A stretch of DNA of 64,000 nt, from assembly GCA_041484665.1 (NCBI GenBank), contig JBGPIA010000015.1:1-64000 (forward strand), read 5' to 3'. The translations under genes and the position numbers were made by a program. Positions 60,735-64,000 of this stretch are shown one piece after another. Source of the stretch: Candidatus Krumholzibacteriia bacterium (GTDB lineage: Bacteria; Krumholzibacteriota; Krumholzibacteriia; JAJRXK01). Below the pieces are notes generated by a model. The model did not search any database, was not told the origin of the DNA, and saw only the letters and a list, made by a program, of their open reading frames with translations. The stretch's first letter is position 1; every line of letters starts with the position of its first letter.

Positions 60735-60760
60735 ACCGGCGGGGCGAAAGCCCCGCCGGT
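60735..60760 (+). terminator. GC-rich hairpin (terminator or mRNA-stabilising)
   Basis: ACCGGCGGGGC-GAAA-GCCCCGCCGGT, a perfect 11-bp stem with a GNRA loop. Preceded by a second hairpin (GTCCCC..GGGGAC). Weak U-tract. Confidence 0.65.
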
Positions 60761-60779
60761 TCGCGTTGGGAGACGTGCG

Positions 60780-61367
60780 ATGCGCCGCTGGGGCAGAGCG
60801 ATCCTCGTCGCACCGTTGCTGGCGCTCTGCGCCTTGCGCGCAGCGCCGGCTGCGGCCCAGCCCCCGTCGAGCAGTATCGGGATCTTCTTCGACCCCACCG
60901 CCACGACCCACACCGCGCAGGTCGTGGTCGGCCAGCCGTTCGATGCCTACGTGATCGCGCTGCAGCCTCTGGGTGGAATCTACGCGTTCGAGCTGGCCGT
61001 GGTGGTCGACCCTCGGCTGAACGTTCTTTCGCGAACCGCAGCGCAGAACAGCGACGACGTCCTCCCCGGCGACGACAACTGGGCCGTGGGGTTGCGCAGC
61101 GAGTGTCTGCTGGGCTTGGGGCCGTTCGTCCTGCTCACCTACAGGCTCGCGGCACGGGAGGCGGCGGCCGACCTCACCCTATGCCTGACCGGCTCGACGC
61201 CCTCCAGCTTCGATCCGGCGGTTCCGGCGCACCTGGACTGCAATCTGTCCGGCCCCTACCCCTTCACGCTCGCGTACACGGGGTGCGCCGCCGTGGGCGC
61301 GACGCCGACGCCTGCCGCCGCCGCGAGCTTGGGCACGATCAAGGCCCGCTACCGCGGCGCTCCTTGA
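60780..61367 (+). CDS. Small secreted beta-sandwich (cohesin-like) protein with C-terminal ASLGTIKARYR tail
   Basis: GGGAG RBS, signal peptide (AAA|Q), IGIFFD..FDAYV..AFE and a tail matching that of 13595-14782. Confidence 0.8.
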   Translation: MRRWGRAILVAPLLALCALRAAPAAAQPPSSSIGIFFDPTATTHTAQVVVGQPFDAYVIALQPLGGIYAFELAVVVDPRLNVLSRTAAQNSDDVLPGDDNWAVGLRSECLLGLGPFVLLTYRLAAREAAADLTLCLTGSTPSSFDPAVPAHLDCNLSGPYPFTLAYTGCAAVGATPTPAAAASLGTIKARYRGAP

Positions 61368-61433
61368 GGCCGCTGATCGCCCGCGCTCGGCTGTGGCCGC
61401 GCGACGCGACGAAGCGCGAAGGAGGCCCAGTCT

Positions 61434-62297
61434 GTGACCCTGGGACGGCGGAGCCGATCGGCACGCGCTGTTGTCCGGGCCGCGCCGTCCATCGTGGCCG
61501 CCTGGATCGTGGCCGCCGGGTTGCTCCATGCAGCGCCCGCGCGGGCATCGGCTGCGTCCCCGCCTTCGGCGCATACGGTGGCGGCGCCAAGCGCCGCCGA
61601 TCCGCAGGTCCACGCTGCGTTCGGCCGGCTGCTCGCCCTCTACGCCGTCGACGGCCGCGTGCGCTACGCCGCGTGGGCCGCGAGCCGGCCCGACCGACAG
61701 GCCTTGCACGACTACCTTGCCCGGCTGCAGGCGTTGGATCCGGCGGGGCTGCCGCGCGACGACGCGCTCGCCTACTGGATCGACCTGTACAATGCCGCGA
61801 CGCTGAGCCTGGTGCTGGAGCACTATCCCGTGAGGAGCATCCGCGAGATTGGCGCCTTGGCCGGCTCGCCGTGGAAGAGCGAGCTCGTGCGCGTGGCCGG
61901 CCGCGAGCTGTCCCTCGACGCCATCGAGAACGAGATCCTCCGCCCCGCGTTCCACGATCCACGCGTCCACTTCGCCCTCAACTGCGCGTCGGTCAGCTGC
62001 CCGCCGCTGGCCGGTCAGCCCTTCGTGGGGGCGCGCATCGACGAGCAGCTCGACGGCGCGTGCCGCCGCGCGCTCACCGACCCCCGGTGGACCGATCTGC
62101 GCGTGGACCGCATCCGTGTGACGCCGATCTTCGACTGGTACGCCGCTGACTTCCAGCAAGCCGGCCTTACGGTGCGAGAGTTCATCGCGCGCTACCGTCC
62201 GGCCGACCGCGCGGCGCTGCTCGCGCCCACGCGCCCACTGGAATTCGCCGACTACGACTGGAGCCTCAACGACGCGCCGGCCGGGGCGGCGCGCTAG
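61434..62297 (+). CDS. DUF547-domain secreted protein
   Basis: LAYWIDLYNA, SLDAIENEILR, DPRVHFALNCASVSCPPL, IFDWY..DF and YDWSLN. GGAGG RBS. Confidence 0.92.
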   Translation: MTLGRRSRSARAVVRAAPSIVAAWIVAAGLLHAAPARASAASPPSAHTVAAPSAADPQVHAAFGRLLALYAVDGRVRYAAWAASRPDRQALHDYLARLQALDPAGLPRDDALAYWIDLYNAATLSLVLEHYPVRSIREIGALAGSPWKSELVRVAGRELSLDAIENEILRPAFHDPRVHFALNCASVSCPPLAGQPFVGARIDEQLDGACRRALTDPRWTDLRVDRIRVTPIFDWYAADFQQAGLTVREFIARYRPADRAALLAPTRPLEFADYDWSLNDAPAGAAR

Positions 62298-62417
62298 CCG
62301 CCTCGGCGTCTGCGGCGAGTCGTGGCTGGCGCGGCGCGGTGCCCGGCCCGCTCGGGTGCGGCGCCTGGTCACGACGCCGTGCGCGCCGTTACACTTGCAG
62401 GACCCTCGTCCTCGATC

Positions 62418-62432
62418 CGGCATGCAATTTGC
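62418..62432 (+). promoter_or_regulatory. Putative sigma54 promoter of phhA
   Basis: CGGCATGCAATTTGC (GG-N10-GC), about 40 nt upstream of ATG 62473. Confidence 0.55.
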
Positions 62433-62472
62433 GGCCTGGCGGGGCGTGCGTCGTTGGATCCCCGTGCGATCG

Positions 62473-63393
62473 ATGTCCCGTTCCCCACCGGTGCCCATGG
62501 ATCGAGAATCCGACGCCGATGTCGGCGCCCGCGCCGCCCGCTCCGGCGACGCGTCGCCATCCCCACCGCCGCGGGCGCATGCCGGCGGCGCGGATGAGCT
62601 CGTCGTGCTGGACCCCGACCACCCAGGGTTCCGCGATCTGGCGTACCGCGCGCGGCGCAATGCCATCGCGCGGCTGGCACTGGAGTACCAGCCGGGCGAC
62701 CCGGTCCCCGCGGTGGAGTACACAGCGGACGAGCTGGAGGTCTGGCGCACCGTCTGGCGGCAGCTCGCGCCGCTGCACGAGCGGACTGCGTGCCACGCGT
62801 ACCGCCAGTGCTCGCTGCGGCTCCCCTTGCCTGGCGACCGCGTTCCGCAGCTGGCCGAGATCAACGCGCGGTTGGGGCCCGCAACCGGATTCACCATGCT
62901 GCCGGTGGCCGGCCTGGTCTCCGCCCGCACGTTCCTGGGCTATCTGGCGCGTGGCATCTTCCTGTCCACGCAATACATGCGACACCACAGCCGGCCGCTC
63001 TACACGCCGGAGCCGGACGTTATCCACGAGCTGGTCGGACACGCCGCGACGCTGATCGATCCCGAGCTCGCGCAGCTCAATCGGCGGTTCGGCGAGGCGA
63101 TGCTGGCGGCCGATGGGACATCTGCCGTGCGCATCGAGCGTGTCTATTGGTTCAGCCTCGAGTTCGGCGTCGTGCAGGAGGCGGGGGGGCTCAAGGCCGT
63201 GGGCGCAGGCCTGCTGTCGTCGTTCGGCGAGTTGGAGCGCTTCGCCTCACAGGCCCGCCTGCTGCCATTCGATCTGGAAGCGATCGCGGCGGCCCCGTAT
63301 GATCCGACCGGCTATCAAGAGCGCCTCTTCGTGGCGCCGGGCTACCACGAGCTGATCGAGTCGGTGGGTCGATGGCTCTTGCAAGCAGGTTGA
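62473..63393 (+). CDS. phhA: Phenylalanine 4-monooxygenase (biopterin-dependent aromatic amino acid hydroxylase)
   Basis: LDPDHPGFRD..YR.RR, STQYMRH, YTPEPDVIHELVGH, YWFSLEFG and GAGLLSSFGE. Confidence 0.93.
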   Translation: MSRSPPVPMDRESDADVGARAARSGDASPSPPPRAHAGGADELVVLDPDHPGFRDLAYRARRNAIARLALEYQPGDPVPAVEYTADELEVWRTVWRQLAPLHERTACHAYRQCSLRLPLPGDRVPQLAEINARLGPATGFTMLPVAGLVSARTFLGYLARGIFLSTQYMRHHSRPLYTPEPDVIHELVGHAATLIDPELAQLNRRFGEAMLAADGTSAVRIERVYWFSLEFGVVQEAGGLKAVGAGLLSSFGELERFASQARLLPFDLEAIAAAPYDPTGYQERLFVAPGYHELIESVGRWLLQAG

Positions 63394-64000
63394 GGGCGGC
63401 GTGGCGCTTTGCGGCGCTGCTGCTCGTCGTAGGGCAGCGCGGCCCGGCGGCATGGGCGCAGCAGCCAGCGTCCGGTCGAAGGCCCATCCTGATCACCGTG
63501 GACGATCTGCCCATCGCCGCCGGCAGCGTTCATCCAGAGCCGGACGATCGCGCGGCCATTACGCGCGGGCTGCTCGCCGCGCTGCAGAAGCACCGCATCC
63601 AGGCCGTGGGGCTGGTCGCCTGGGGCAAGGTGTCGCGCCCGGGTGACCGGGAGCTGCTCACGCAATGGCTGCGCGCCGGGCACGAGCTGGGCAACCACTC
63701 GCACTCGCATCTCGACTACACGCATACGCCCGCAGAGACTTACGTCGCCGACGTCGAGCGGGGCCGCGCGGCGCTCGCGGAGCTGCTCTTTGCCGATGGC
63801 AAGACGCTGCGTTTCTTCCGGTACCCGTTCCTGTGCGAGGGCGACACCGAATCCAAGCTCGACACCATGCGCGCATACCTGGAGCGGACCGGCCAGCGCA
63901 ACCTGCCCGTCAGCATCGACAACCAGGATTGGTCGTTCGAGGAACCGTGGGTGAAGGCCGCTGCCGCGGGCGACGGTGCGGCGCTGGAGGAGATCACCCA
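63372..64000 (+). CDS. Secreted polysaccharide deacetylase (NodB/CE4), truncated by the window end
   Basis: Own translation from ATG 63372: MALASRLRAAWRFAALLLVV..ILITVDDLP..GHELGNHSHSH..FFRYPFL..DNQDW. The frame is open to 64000. Confidence 0.88.
   Translation, partial: MALASRLRAAWRFAALLLVVGQRGPAAWAQQPASGRRPILITVDDLPIAAGSVHPEPDDRAAITRGLLAALQKHRIQAVGLVAWGKVSRPGDRELLTQWLRAGHELGNHSHSHLDYTHTPAETYVADVERGRAALAELLFADGKTLRFFRYPFLCEGDTESKLDTMRAYLERTGQRNLPVSIDNQDWSFEEPWVKAAAAGDGAALEEIT

Overview
GC-rich bacterial chromosomal window. Secreted proteins ending in FlgD-Ig/T9SS-CTD-like domains or in a short S[WL]Gx[LI]KxRY tail suggest, by inference only, an FCB-associated candidate lineage such as Krumholzibacteriota, Latescibacterota or Eisenbacteria. 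Bases ~1-43.5 kb are a large surface-glycan locus. It holds about seven GT2/GT4-type glycosyltransferases, a GT-C-like membrane transferase, Wzm/Wzt, a CDP-sugar/C-methyltransferase/epimerase/aminotransferase/DUF4910 cassette, AsnB, two FemAB/CelD-type GNATs, deacetylases, a VanZ fusion and a spermidine-synthase-like membrane protein. Three paralogous secreted DUF2341-LamG proteins are interleaved in it and carry two alternative C-terminal tags. The left 10 kb is littered with IS21, IS4, IS256 and ISL3 remnants. The right part has a TPR-lipoprotein operon, a BCP-type peroxiredoxin with an in-frame UGA at the peroxidatic position plus a SECIS-like hairpin (a selenoprotein missed by the ORF track), an MFS transporter, EF-P with a non-canonical PGNWRG loop, an AttEFGH-like ABC/lipocalin operon, a 1083-aa putative major surface protein behind a strong sigma70 promoter and long structured leader, DUF547, phhA and a truncated deacetylase. 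Several sigma54-type -24/-12 motifs are visible. The best candidate for an undescribed system is a C-terminal-tag protein sorting/surface-glycan system that resembles PEP-CTERM/exosortase EPS loci in gene content but has no PEP-CTERM or exosortase in the window. All family calls come from motif recognition, not database searches.
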